A stretch of DNA of 49,097 nt from Deltaproteobacteria bacterium (GCA_016208235.1 JACQYN010000003.1:1-49097); one strand, 5' to 3'. Counted from the stretch's first letter, positions 19,881-29,001 are shown. A program made the numbers and translations. Notes: generated by a model not told the origin, from the sequence alone.

Positions 19881-19937
19881 AACTCACCGTTCACAGGTCT
19901 CCTGACCCCAGAAAAATTGATCAAACAAGGAAACACC

Positions 19938-20315
19938 GTGGAATTTTTTCAAAGGATCGCGGAGAATCGCATCTTGGAGGCCATTGAAAATGGCCTTTTT
20001 GACAATCTCCGGGGCAAAGGGAAGCCCCTCAAACTCGAGGATGAGAGCCATATCCCCCCGGAGTTGCGCATGGCTTACAAGATCTTAAAAAATGCCGACT
20101 GCCTGCCTCCGGAGCTGGAGCTGCGCAAAGAAATCGTGCGTCTCCAGGACCTGGTGGCCGACCTCCCCGACGAAGCGGAGAAGCTCGCGCAGATGCGCCG
20201 CCTCAATTTTCTGATGATGAAGCTGGGTATGACTCGGCCGGTCTCCGCGCAATTGCTGGAGCATGACCTTTACACTCCCAAGATTCTCGAGCGTCTGGAA
20301 TCCCGGCGCAGTTAA
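19938..20315 (+). CDS. DUF1992 family protein
   Basis: IAENRILEAIENGLFDNLRGKGKPL, RMAYKILKNA..LPPE; GTG start after aagga. Confidence 0.88.
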   Translation: MEFFQRIAENRILEAIENGLFDNLRGKGKPLKLEDESHIPPELRMAYKILKNADCLPPELELRKEIVRLQDLVADLPDEAEKLAQMRRLNFLMMKLGMTRPVSAQLLEHDLYTPKILERLESRRS

Positions 20316-20324
20316 ATCAGTCAA

Positions 20325-21002
20325 ATGAAGCTCCGCTGGGATCATCCCCTCTGGCGCCGCCTGGCCCCGCCCCTGGCGAAGACCCTGGCCCAGGCCTACC
20401 TGCGCACCTGCATTGCGGATTTGAGCATCGGTACGGAAGTGAAAAACCTGGCGCTTTCGGGCCGGCCGCTGATCTACACCGTCTGGCACTGCCACCTCCT
20501 TTATCCCCTTTATTATTTCCGGCGCTACTATCCGCAACTGCCGCCCACGGTGGTGATGGCCAGCCCCAGCCGGGACGGGGAATTTATCGGCGAAGTGGCC
20601 CGGGGCCTGGGTTTCACGGTCTGCTTCGGCTCCCGGCGCAAAGGCGGGGTGCAGGCCCTGCAGCAGATGGCGGATTATTTCCGCCGGGGTTACAATTGCG
20701 GCCTGATTGCCGACGGCTCCCGGGGACCGGCCCGGGTGGCCCAGAAGGGCCCCCTGTACCTGGCCCGGGAGACCCAGGCTCCCATCATCCCCCTGGCCGT
20801 GGCCGGCAGCCGGAAGATCACCTTCAACACCTGGGACCGTTTTGAATTGCCCCTGCCTTTTAGCCGCCTGGTGGTGATGGTGGGCGAGCCCCTCTATGTC
20901 CAGCCCACAGACCGGGGCCGCCTTCTGGAGGACCGTCGCCTGGACCTGGAAACCCGCCTCAATCTCCTCTTCGACCAGAGCCAACAATATTTTTCCCTTT
21001 AA
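20325..21002 (+). CDS. DUF374 / lysophospholipid acyltransferase family protein
   Basis: VWH, SPSRDGE, GSRRKGG, DGSRGP, WDRFELPLPFSR. Confidence 0.87.
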   Translation: MKLRWDHPLWRRLAPPLAKTLAQAYLRTCIADLSIGTEVKNLALSGRPLIYTVWHCHLLYPLYYFRRYYPQLPPTVVMASPSRDGEFIGEVARGLGFTVCFGSRRKGGVQALQQMADYFRRGYNCGLIADGSRGPARVAQKGPLYLARETQAPIIPLAVAGSRKITFNTWDRFELPLPFSRLVVMVGEPLYVQPTDRGRLLEDRRLDLETRLNLLFDQSQQYFSL

Positions 21003-21007
21003 AAAAA

Positions 21008-21037
21008 TTGACATAAAAGTGGGGCAGCCAGTATAAA
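21008..21037 (+). promoter_or_regulatory. Candidate sigma70 promoter for the SWIM gene
   Basis: TTGACA-18 nt-TATAAA. Confidence 0.45.
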
Positions 21038-21099
21038 TAGTTTCCCCTGGGGGCGTAATATGGTAAATTTAAAGGAAATCCTTTATTTGATGGTATGAC

Positions 21100-21903
21100 A
21101 TGCGATTTGAAGAATTGGACGCCCAAACCCTGAGCCAGATCGGCACGCCGGAGGCCATCGCCAAGGCCAAGGCCTTGGTTCAGGGACATCACGTGCTGCA
21201 CGGTTACCGTCTGCCTGACCGGGTCCGGGGAGTGGTTTGGGATGACCAGGCCATCCAGGTGGAGGTCAGGACGCAAAATGACCAGATATCCTATGTCTGT
21301 TCCTGCCCCCAGGTGGAAAGCGGCGAGATCTGCTCCCATGTCCTGGCTTTGTTATGGGGCTGGGTGGAGGAGCCCGGCAAGTTCCTGAACCGGACGGAGC
21401 TCACGGATAGGCTGAAGAAGTATTCCAAGAAGGAGCTGCTGGAGATCATCCTGGACCTGGCGGACCGGACCCCGGAAGTCCGGGAAATCCTGAAAGAAGA
21501 GGAAGAAGGCCTGGAGGATATCCTCGAGTCCATTGACCATGTGGTGGAGGAGGTCTCCGGTGATTCCACCTCTTTACCCGACGCCGAGAAAAGGCTGCGC
21601 CGGGCCCAAGCCCGGGCCGACCGTCTGGCCCAAAGCGGGCAGTTGGCAGAGGCCCGCTCCATCTATTTCTATATCCTGGACAATATCCTGGGCCTGGAGG
21701 AACGCTTCCAGAAAGGTCAGGGTTTTTCCCCGGAACTCAAAACCGAACTTTTTGAGGAATATTGCCAGTTCATCCATGAGGACCGGCACCTGGAAAAGGA
21801 GCTGGTGCAGCAGGAGATCGAGCAACTGGAGAGCCGCCCCCCCGCATCCCGGGAGGGGTTGGACCTAATGGAACTGAAGCGGGAGGTTCTGGGGATAGCC
21901 TGA
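21100..21903 (+). CDS. SWIM zinc-finger protein
   Basis: CSC-x8-CSH motif followed by a helical domain. Confidence 0.8.
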   Translation: MRFEELDAQTLSQIGTPEAIAKAKALVQGHHVLHGYRLPDRVRGVVWDDQAIQVEVRTQNDQISYVCSCPQVESGEICSHVLALLWGWVEEPGKFLNRTELTDRLKKYSKKELLEIILDLADRTPEVREILKEEEEGLEDILESIDHVVEEVSGDSTSLPDAEKRLRRAQARADRLAQSGQLAEARSIYFYILDNILGLEERFQKGQGFSPELKTELFEEYCQFIHEDRHLEKELVQQEIEQLESRPPASREGLDLMELKREVLGIA

Positions 21904-21934
21904 ACCACCAAAAACCAAAAACTGAAAACTGTAT

Positions 21935-23182
21935 TCAGGACCCATCCCCCGCCGGGGCGATGGGTCCTTCTTTTTCCGGCAGGGGCGCGGCGGGCGCAAG
22001 GACCGGTTTCATCAGGATGGTCTTCTGGTAGATGCGCAGCAGCGACAGGAGAAAGGAGAGGATCAGCGGCCCCAGGATGAAGCCGATCATCCCGAAATAG
22101 GTGATCCCCCCCAGGATGCTGAAGAGAATGAAAATTGAGGGTGTGGAACGGCTGCCCTTCATCAGCAGGGGTTTGAGGAGATTGTCGATGACGCTCACCA
22201 AGACCCCTCCCCAGATGATCAGCCCCACCCCGGGGCCCACTTGCCCGGCAACAAGGAGGTAAATCGCCGCGGGCCCCCAGATAATGGCGCTGCCCACCAC
22301 CGGGATCACCGCCGCGGGGATCATCACCGTGCCCCAGAACGCGGGCTGGGGCAGGCCGAAGATCCAGAACCCCACCCCTCCCAGGATGCCCTGGACAAAG
22401 GCCACGATCACCGTGCCCCAGAGAGTGGCCTTGATGGTGGTTTCCGTCTCATGGAGAATCTCTTCGTTGTGCGCGGCATCCAGGGGGGAGAGTCTCTTGA
22501 TCTCCTCAATGAAGTCATCCCCCTGCAAAAACATGAAAAACGCGATGAACAGCACCAGGACCAGGTCCAGGAAAAAGTAGGTGAATCCTTTGAGCAGCCC
22601 GATGGCGTTGGTATAGATGAATTCACTGGCCTTGGTGAGGACCGTCTGGACGATCTGGTCCAGCTTGATCTGCTCCGGGGGCAGGGGTAGGTTCAAATGA
22701 ATCAGCCAGGCGTGGAGGGCGTTGGCCTTGGCGTCCACCCACTGCCAGAGCTGGCCGCTTTGTATACCCTGGCGCACCACCCCGGAGAACTCCAGGGCCT
22801 GGTTGGCGATGATGCTCACCAGGCTGAAGAGGGGTATCAAAATCACCAGGGCCAGAATGAGACAGGTGATAAGAGAGGCCAGGGTGCGCATGCCGTAAAA
22901 AAGCCGGGTGAGGGCCCGGTGCAGGGGTCTGGCCGTGAAAAAGAGCACCATGGCCATGAAGATGTCCAGGAGATAGGGCTTGACCACCAGATAAGAGAAA
23001 TAGAGGACCAGCAGGGTGATGGCCCCGAAGAAGAGGCGGGCGAAATGGGTGGGGAACGCGGCCCGCTCCTCCGCCGGAGGGCAGGGGGGGCAAGGTTCCC
23101 CTGGCGGGCCCGGCGGCGGGGCTGCCCCGGGAGCTGCCCCGGGCTGGCACTGGCTCTCTTTCTGGGATTCCGGTTCGGCCAT
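21935..23182 (-). CDS. AI-2E family transporter
   Basis: Multi-TM; IPVVGSAIIWGP, IDNLLKP, GMIGFILGP. Confidence 0.92.
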   Translation of the reverse strand: MAEPESQKESQCQPGAAPGAAPPPGPPGEPCPPCPPAEERAAFPTHFARLFFGAITLLVLYFSYLVVKPYLLDIFMAMVLFFTARPLHRALTRLFYGMRTLASLITCLILALVILIPLFSLVSIIANQALEFSGVVRQGIQSGQLWQWVDAKANALHAWLIHLNLPLPPEQIKLDQIVQTVLTKASEFIYTNAIGLLKGFTYFFLDLVLVLFIAFFMFLQGDDFIEEIKRLSPLDAAHNEEILHETETTIKATLWGTVIVAFVQGILGGVGFWIFGLPQPAFWGTVMIPAAVIPVVGSAIIWGPAAIYLLVAGQVGPGVGLIIWGGVLVSVIDNLLKPLLMKGSRSTPSIFILFSILGGITYFGMIGFILGPLILSFLLSLLRIYQKTILMKPVLAPAAPLPEKEGPIAPAGDGS

Positions 23183-23204
23183 GGTTGATTACTTGTTGAT
23201 TACC

Positions 23205-23279
23205 TTAGCCGCAGGCTTTAGCCTGCGTGGTTTGACTATTTCGGGCCTGTTCTGCGCAAGCCAAAGCTTGCGGTTACCA
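23205..23279. repeat. REP-like doublet (tagccgcaggctttagcctgcg / cgcaagccaaagcttgcggttac)
   Basis: Two hairpins in inverted arrangement, read directly. Confidence 0.7.
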
Positions 23280-23582
23280 AAGACCTTTAACCTATGTTTT
23301 CGTAGGCAATATACGGCAAAAATCAGGGTTTGCAAAGACGAAAAGGAGGGGAGGGCAACGGCAGCAGCCCGCTGCCCCCTGACTCGCCTATTTTAGTGGA
23401 CCGGCATCCCTGCCGGTGCGAGATAAAAACCCCAGGCTGGAAGCCAGCGTCACCAGTTGCAGGGATTTGGGAAAAATAAATAAATTTTGAGGGAAATTTG
23501 TGCTATCATTCCCCCCACAAGACAAATTGACCACACCCAGTTTGCCGCCTCGGGATTATCATAAATTTTGAGGCCGCTGCTT

Positions 23583-23716
23583 TCTCCCCCTTAAGGGAGG
23601 GAGGGCCGGGGTGGGGCTGATCATTTTGCGGTGGGGCGGGCCTCCGTGCCCGCCACCCATGACGGCCGAGACGGCCGCCCTACGCTCCCTCTCCCCAACC
23701 CCCTCCCACCTGGAAA
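23583..23716. repeat. Composite palindrome: family D arms enclosing a GTAG-type doublet
   Basis: ctccccccttaagggagggaggg...ggggcgggcctccgtgcccgcc...ggccgccctac...ccccctccc. Confidence 0.7.
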
Positions 23717-23783
23717 AGGGAGTTTGAGGACCATGATTTTGTAAAGTATACTCAGGACAGGATAGAGGAACCTTCTCCAGGCC

Positions 23784-24104
23784 ATGCCCGAACGACGCCG
23801 CCATCGCCGTTATCCCCGCCAACTGCGGGTTCGCTGTAAGAACCCGCAACTGGCCTTTGAAAGCCTGACCCGGGACATTTGCGCGGGCGGGGTGTTCATC
23901 ATCACCAGTCATCAATTGCCTCTGGACAGCTCCATTGACCTGGAAATCTCCTTTGGGGCGGACGAACCGTTCATTCACTGCCGGGGCCGGATCGTCTGGA
24001 TCAATGCGGGCCAGTTGGAGACCTTTCCGCCGGGTTTCGGAGTGGAATTTCTGGAGGAGGACGAACAGGTGATGGGGCGGCTGTTACATGATTTGGGCGT
24101 TTGA
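23784..24104 (+). CDS. PilZ domain protein
   Basis: RRHRR (RxxxR) and DICAGG (DxxxxG) motifs, GRIVW, GFGVEF. Confidence 0.88.
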   Translation: MPERRRHRRYPRQLRVRCKNPQLAFESLTRDICAGGVFIITSHQLPLDSSIDLEISFGADEPFIHCRGRIVWINAGQLETFPPGFGVEFLEEDEQVMGRLLHDLGV

Positions 24105-24175
24105 AGGAGGAGAGAAGCAAGGCAAAGAGGCCGTTGGGAAAATCAAATAAACCGGCTCCCAATCTCCCGTCCATC

Positions 24176-24320
24176 TCCTGGTTCCCAAGCCCCCGCTTGG
24201 GAACCTTTTTTGTAACAAAGGCCTGCTTGCCCAAAACCCGGCAACCCCCAGGGCAACCTGATTTTCACCAAGCAGGAGCTTGGCAACCAAGATGCGTTCC
24301 CAAGCAGGAGCTTGGGAAAG
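24176..24320. repeat. REP family C cluster
   Basis: gttcccaagcccccgcttgggaac, ccaagcaggagcttggcaac, gttcccaagcaggagcttgggaa. Confidence 0.8.
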
Positions 24321-24493
24321 AGGGGAAAGACCGCACATAGTCTAAGTTTTTGGGCGCAAGTTGGTATCATCCCTTCAAATCCGGGAAAATTTAACTGAAA
24401 TCCCCTTGGGGCCGAAATAATTTTCAAGGCCCAAAGCTTGCTTGTGGCCAAGGGACCTTTGCCGCCCCGGAAGCACCGAAAAGGACGACAACC

Positions 24494-25087
24494 ATGAGGT
24501 TTTCCCCCCAACTCGACAGGGTCTGGAAACGAAACCCCAGCCGGGTGTTCCTGATGAACATCCTGGGCGGCCTCATCATCGTGGCCATCCTGGGGAGCGT
24601 GGCGTACCCGGTATACCAGGCCAGCCGCGCGGGCGAAAAGACCCGGTACCTGAAGCAGGAGAAAGTAAGGCCCCCCTGGGCCCAGGATTTTTGGGCGGAT
24701 CCCAAAAACTATTTTGCCGTTTATGCATATATCCCCCTGGTGGTGCTGGGTACGGTGCTGGTCACCAGCATGCTCCTGGTAGGGCGGGACCTGCGGGAGA
24801 TTCCCAAATACGTGGAATTGACGGGGGAAGGAGTAAAAATCGGCCGGTGGCTTGCCGGTGAGGAATATATCCCTTACGCCGATATCACTGGAATTTACGA
24901 GCGGCCTTTTTATGGGTATGCCTCGGCGGCCGTCTGCCTCCGCACCTTCAGCAGAGGTTCCAAAAAAATTTGCATCCTCAAGTACGCCTATGACAACTGG
25001 GAGGAGTTATACCGGCAGCTCCGGGAAAGGACGGTTTTGAAAAGATTTGATGAGCGGTTATTAGAAACTGCTTCGAAAAGTTCTTAG
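24494..25087 (+). CDS. Hypothetical membrane protein (2 TM segments plus a possible PH-like domain)
   Basis: Two hydrophobic segments; SD aaagga upstream. Confidence 0.7.
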   Translation: MRFSPQLDRVWKRNPSRVFLMNILGGLIIVAILGSVAYPVYQASRAGEKTRYLKQEKVRPPWAQDFWADPKNYFAVYAYIPLVVLGTVLVTSMLLVGRDLREIPKYVELTGEGVKIGRWLAGEEYIPYADITGIYERPFYGYASAAVCLRTFSRGSKKICILKYAYDNWEELYRQLRERTVLKRFDERLLETASKSS

Positions 25088-25136
25088 TGGAAGCGCATTT
25101 TCCCTCCTGGCCAGTAAAGACCTGCAAGAATTCCGG

Positions 25137-25460
25137 ATGAAGAGAAGGGTCCCCCGACAAGCGCAGCGTTATCCGGCAAAACTGGCGGTGACCAATCTCA
25201 ACGGCCGGCCAGTGACTGATACCTTTTTGATGGATATCAGCGCGCTGGGCGCCAAACTGGAGTCCTCCACCCCCCTGGCCCGCCGATATCCCGTAGAAAT
25301 TAATATCCTCTTCCCCGGGGCGCAGACCGAGACCAAGCTTGCCGGGATGGTAGTGTGGATGCGGCCGTCGGTGGCCTCTCCCGGACGCTATCTAATGGGG
25401 GTGAAATTCCATCAGCGATTTTGGGACCTAGACCAACTGGGCCGCGCCGGCAAAATCTGA
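25137..25460 (+). CDS. PilZ domain protein
   Basis: RQAQR, DISALG, VVW, GVKF. Confidence 0.85.
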   Translation: MKRRVPRQAQRYPAKLAVTNLNGRPVTDTFLMDISALGAKLESSTPLARRYPVEINILFPGAQTETKLAGMVVWMRPSVASPGRYLMGVKFHQRFWDLDQLGRAGKI

Positions 25461-25503
25461 GTTACCACGTGGTTTTCCCCTGGCTCTCAGGACCCAGGGG
25501 CAG

Positions 25504-25749
25504 TTAGTCGGTAATAGGGGGCTTACATGTGTTGCATGGTTTATACCCTGCAGCCTGAGCTTCTTTTGCTGAGTTAAAATAGAGCAGTAATCTGGAATCT
25601 ACCCTCTGAGCATATTCACAGGTGGGGTAATGATACTTTTTCCCCCTTTTTAACGCCACATACTTATAATCGAGGGCAAGGGCTACCGAAACTAAAAGCA
25701 ATGCCGCAATCAGAATAAGAGCCGGAAACGCACGATTCCTCCTAATCAT
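25504..25749 (-). CDS. Secreted Ada-type metal-binding domain protein
   Basis: Signal peptide, KYHYPTC, EAQAAGYKPCNTCKP; SD aggagg. Confidence 0.85.
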   Translation of the reverse strand: MIRRNRAFPALILIAALLLVSVALALDYKYVALKRGKKYHYPTCEYAQRVDSRLLLYFNSAKEAQAAGYKPCNTCKPPITD

Positions 25750-25831
25750 GATACGCCTCCTAAAGATTCGCGGTCTCAAAGCTTCATATTTCTGGTTCCC
25801 CAGCTCCCGCTTGGGAACGAGGGAAAATTGG

Positions 25832-25856
25832 AAAAGGCGGCCGGTAGGCCGCCTTC
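25832..25856 (-). terminator. Candidate intrinsic terminator
   Basis: Minus strand gaaggcggcc-tacc-ggccgcctttt downstream of the 25880 ORF. Confidence 0.55.
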
Positions 25857-25879
25857 GAGGTTAAGATCAGGTTATCTTT

Positions 25880-26074
25880 TTATGAATGACGATTTTTATC
25901 TCTTGCGGAGGAATTGAAGTGACCTGTTTTTACCCAATTTAGCAAATCCTCACGCAACCCATTGGGAGAATGAAACCGTTGGGCCCCTTTTACGAACTCC
26001 AGTCTCATTCTTAACGGCATGGTAAAGTATAGCGGACTTTCCATGCACATCGCGATAACCTTCTTCCTACCCAT
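25880..26074 (-). CDS. Small hypothetical protein (64 aa, MGRKKVIAMCMESPLYF...)
   Basis: Strong SD ggggagga, upstream promoter and downstream hairpin. Confidence 0.65.
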   Translation of the reverse strand: MGRKKVIAMCMESPLYFTMPLRMRLEFVKGAQRFHSPNGLREDLLNWVKTGHFNSSARDKNRHS

Positions 26075-26097
26075 AACATCCTCCCCCAGGACATCAT

Positions 26098-26183
26098 GAC
26101 CTATCTCCGCGACCTTGATTTTTAGGCATAAGTTACCGGGTGATAATCCCACCCTCAAGGTTGCGCTGCAAAGTTGATAGGTC
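26098..26183 (-). ncRNA. Candidate structured 5'-leader RNA (multibranch)
   Basis: GACCTATC/GATAGGTC outer stem, 11-bp second stem, two inner hairpins; I recognise no known riboswitch. Confidence 0.45.
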
Positions 26184-26287
26184 GGTTAGGTAGAATCTCC
26201 CCCCTTAACCATTAATAACCTATGGGCTTCTTTGCCATTTCCTCCTTTCTATGCGAGATTTTCCACCAAACTTTTACTAGGAGTAAG

Positions 26288-26315
26288 ATTATATTTCGTA
26301 ATATTATTTTGTCAA
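26288..26315 (-). promoter_or_regulatory. Consensus sigma70 promoter
   Basis: TTGACA (26315-26310), 16 nt, TATAAT (26293-26288). Confidence 0.7.
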
Positions 26316-26318
26316 TGA

Positions 26319-26352
26319 ATATCTCAATAACTTGCATATCTCAATAACTTGC
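26319..26352. repeat. Perfect tandem 17-bp direct repeat ATATCTCAATAACTTGC
   Basis: 26319-26335 and 26336-26352 are identical; adjacent to the -35 box. Confidence 0.9.
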
Positions 26353-26414
26353 AGGAAAAAGTTAATAAGCCAAAAATAGGGCTAATACCCAGTCGCAAAC
26401 AAAAGACGCAGTTC

Positions 26415-26470
26415 GTAGGGGCGCACCCGTGTGTGCACCCAGAGACCGGGCGGACACATGGGCCCGCCCA
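26415..26470. repeat. GTAG REP doublet (RAYT1 type)
   Basis: gtaggggcgcacccgtgtgtgcaccc...gggcggacacatgggcccgccc. Confidence 0.8.
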
Positions 26471-26489
26471 ATAATTACCGCGTAGTTGT

Positions 26490-26608
26490 ATGGAGTGGAT
26501 GAGAATATCTAAATAGGGCTTGCGGGTGAAGGTGGGAATCCCTTTGACCTTCTTGCAGGTGATGAAGTAGGTGCCGCCCGGCTCTTTAATAGTATAGCGG
26601 CTTCTCAT
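26490..26608 (-). pseudogene. RAYT 5' stub (MRSRYTIKEPGGTYFITC...)
   Basis: Y1 transposase N-terminal YFIT motif, truncated after about 40 codons; preceded by a family C REP. Confidence 0.75.
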
Positions 26609-26683
26609 GGGCCCAGAGGGAAAAGGAGGCGAAGCAGAGCTTCGCCGGAAAATGGCGTTCCCAAGCTGGAGCTTGGGAACGAG

Positions 26684-26790
26684 TTTAAATGACATCATCC
26701 GGGGGAACCGGACTATTACCGCGGACACCGCGCTCAGGCTGGCCCGGTATTTCCGCACCACGCCTCAATTCCGGCTGGACCTCCAGCCCC
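26684..26790 (+). pseudogene. HigA-type HTH antitoxin fragment
   Basis: LNDIIRGNRTITADTALRLARYFRTTPQFRLDLQ resembles the HigA core; no start codon, cut by the REP. Confidence 0.75.
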
Positions 26791-26792
26791 GG

Positions 26793-27458
26793 CTAAGGGG
26801 TAAGGAAGACAGCCTCCGGGTCTTGCGCATTTATTTCCTTGATGACGGCTTTGCCGGTATTCTTGCCGAACTCTTTAAAATTCGCCACTATCAGAAAATT
26901 AAGGACCGTCCGGAGGTCCGAGGAGGGGCCCAGGCTGTGGGCCTCCCCCACCCAAACCGGCCGCGAGATCTTCTGGGTCCGGTACGGGGGGCCCTCCACC
27001 ACGGTGAGCTGGAGCCAACGGTCATAAAGGGGGGTGACGTCGGCGGAGTAGCCTGCCAACGGTATCCCGACATAACCGGCGGGGCCGCCCCAGCCCCAGT
27101 CGCCCCCGCCCAAGCCCACCCCCCAGCCGATACCGCCGTAATAACCCGGGGCGGTGACGACGCTCCGAGGTTCTCCCATGCCATACTTGAAAAACAGGTA
27201 AAAATCAGCCTTATCAAAAGTGGTGACCGGATACCCGCGCATTGACAGGAGTTTATTCAGTTTTTCCTTGATTTCCTTGTCCAGGAGAGGGTTTGGGGCC
27301 TCCGGGTTCTCCATGATGAAAAAGGAGCCCCCGGGTCTGACCTGCGCCTGCGTGCCGGGATCGGTGTAACCGTTTACCTTGATCGTGTAAGTCGTGCTGC
27401 AACCTGGCAGGCACCAGCCCAAAACCAGTATGGCCAGAAATCCGATGGCTTTCTGCAT
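26793..27458 (-). CDS. Lipoprotein, DUF4136-like
   Basis: Lipobox LPGC, Gly/Trp/Tyr-rich loop, VWVGEA C-terminal motif. Confidence 0.75.
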   Translation of the reverse strand: MQKAIGFLAILVLGWCLPGCSTTYTIKVNGYTDPGTQAQVRPGGSFFIMENPEAPNPLLDKEIKEKLNKLLSMRGYPVTTFDKADFYLFFKYGMGEPRSVVTAPGYYGGIGWGVGLGGGDWGWGGPAGYVGIPLAGYSADVTPLYDRWLQLTVVEGPPYRTQKISRPVWVGEAHSLGPSSDLRTVLNFLIVANFKEFGKNTGKAVIKEINAQDPEAVFLTP

Positions 27459-27687
27459 CGCTAGCCTCCAAACCGCAGAGGAATTATGGCTGCGGCCCCG
27501 GGATATCGTGGTAACCGAGATTACGCGGCGGCCTTGGCCACCGAAGTCAGAAAATGGTTTAGATGAAAATTATGAACCATCAATTTTCTTAAAAATAACA
27601 TTTTGAATCCAGTTATTCATTAACCTTTTGGAAAAGCTAATGAGCAGATAATGCAGTGGGGATATCCTTATGCTGACGGCAAAACTT

Positions 27688-27856
27688 GTAGGGGCGCACC
27701 CATGTGTGCGCCCCTGGGGCCGGGCGGACCTCAGGGGCGGACACGTGGGTCCGCCCCATCCATTTGATACCAATTCGACATCAAACGGATATTTTCCGTA
27801 GGGGCGAACCTTGTGTTCGCCCAGCAGCATTTGGGGCGAACACAAGGTTCGCCCCT
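27688..27856. repeat. Adjacent RAYT1-type and RAYT2-type GTAG REP doublets
   Basis: 27688-27757 gtaggggcgcacccatgtgtgcgccc; 27798-27856 gtaggggcgaaccttgtgttcgccc. Confidence 0.85.
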
Positions 27857-27889
27857 TCATGTCAATAGCTTTTGAATGCAACTCAGTAT

Positions 27890-27952
27890 GACCATTGTAC
27901 AGGTGATGAAGTACGTCCCGCCTGGTTCTCTAATCGCATAGCGGCTTCTCAT
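27890..27952 (-). pseudogene. Second RAYT 5' stub (MRSRYAIREPGGTYFITCTMV)
   Basis: Hand translation from ATG 27952; homologous to the stub at 26608 and preceded by the same family C REP. Confidence 0.72.
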
Positions 27953-28041
27953 GGGTCAAGGGGGTGAAAAGGTGGCGAAGCAGAGCTTCGCCGGAAAACG
28001 GCGTTCCCAAGCTGGAGCTTGGGAACGAGTTAAAAAATCTA

Positions 28042-29001
28042 TCATCTGAGAGGTATACTTGAGATAAAAATCTTGTCTCTGGGATCTCTAACACCAGCCT
28101 CCAAAAGTAGGTCAGAGAAAGCTTCATACATTACTTGAGGATATTGCGTTGGTCCAATAATTATCCTATCTATCAAGGCTGGAATTTCAATGCCTATCAG
28201 TCCTTCATCTGGGATGTCCTTGAGGGGAATTTTGTATATAGGTTGAGGAACCCCTCTGACCACTATAATTTCTTTTTTCAAGTGTTCCGATTCTTCCAAG
28301 CTAGGCGAATAAACAACACGCCATTCAATCTCTTCGGCAAACCCTGGATGTTTTGTACAAAGCACAGCATATTTAAATGCATTAAAAATAAGTTTTATTA
28401 TTATTTGTCTATCTTGTTGTTTTAGAAAAGGTTTATCATTAATAATGTTTTCGGCTATTTTTAAAAACTCTTTTTCAAATTCCTGGTCGCTCAAATATGC
28501 AACTGGACTTACATAAGCCTTGAGGGCCTGGGATGGGGTTACGAAGGGCAAGCTATTCATTACAAAGGCTACACCAGTAGTCTCACTATAGGCCCTCCAC
28601 ATAGAAAGGCGGCCAAAGCTGTCTTCTGAGTCCTTATGCTCTGAAAAGCAAGTAAAATAAGTATTTGTTTGAAAATGGGGTATCCACCCATCGAATAGTT
28701 GCTCAACCTCGGTTAGAATACCTTCAAAGATGTCATTTATTGCGCTTTTGAACGCCTTGCCGGCTTCGCTTTCCCTATATGTCTTGAGTAAACAGTCTAG
28801 TCCGTGCTGAACTTCTAAAAAGTCATTCATGCAGGATGATTTTCGCATCCATACTTCTTTACTTCTTAGAATGTTTATAGCCGCGTCTGCACTTGTGTAA
28901 TGGACGAAACGTATTCTGCCCGTCAACACGGCAGATTGCCGTTCATATGCATATGGGAAAAAAATTTTTAAGAGTCGTTCTTGCTCAGAAGTAAGTTGCA
29001 T
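28042..29001 (-). CDS. DUF2971-like protein, AT-rich
   Basis: HYTS, MND..E, CFSEH..LSMWRAY, KHPGFAEEIEWR, IIIGP. Confidence 0.8.
   Translation of the reverse strand: MQLTSEQERLLKIFFPYAYERQSAVLTGRIRFVHYTSADAAINILRSKEVWMRKSSCMNDFLEVQHGLDCLLKTYRESEAGKAFKSAINDIFEGILTEVEQLFDGWIPHFQTNTYFTCFSEHKDSEDSFGRLSMWRAYSETTGVAFVMNSLPFVTPSQALKAYVSPVAYLSDQEFEKEFLKIAENIINDKPFLKQQDRQIIIKLIFNAFKYAVLCTKHPGFAEEIEWRVVYSPSLEESEHLKKEIIVVRGVPQPIYKIPLKDIPDEGLIGIEIPALIDRIIIGPTQYPQVMYEAFSDLLLEAGVRDPRDKIFISSIPLR

Noticed and set aside
19793..19940. tmRNA next to smpB
   Set aside because: The space is too short and is filled by REPs; no tRNA-like ends seen
24084..24340. Short ORFs on both strands
   Set aside because: They are translations of family C REP palindromes
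26607..27245. 212-aa plus-strand ORF
   Set aside because: Chimera of a REP, a HigA fragment and the antisense of the lipoprotein gene
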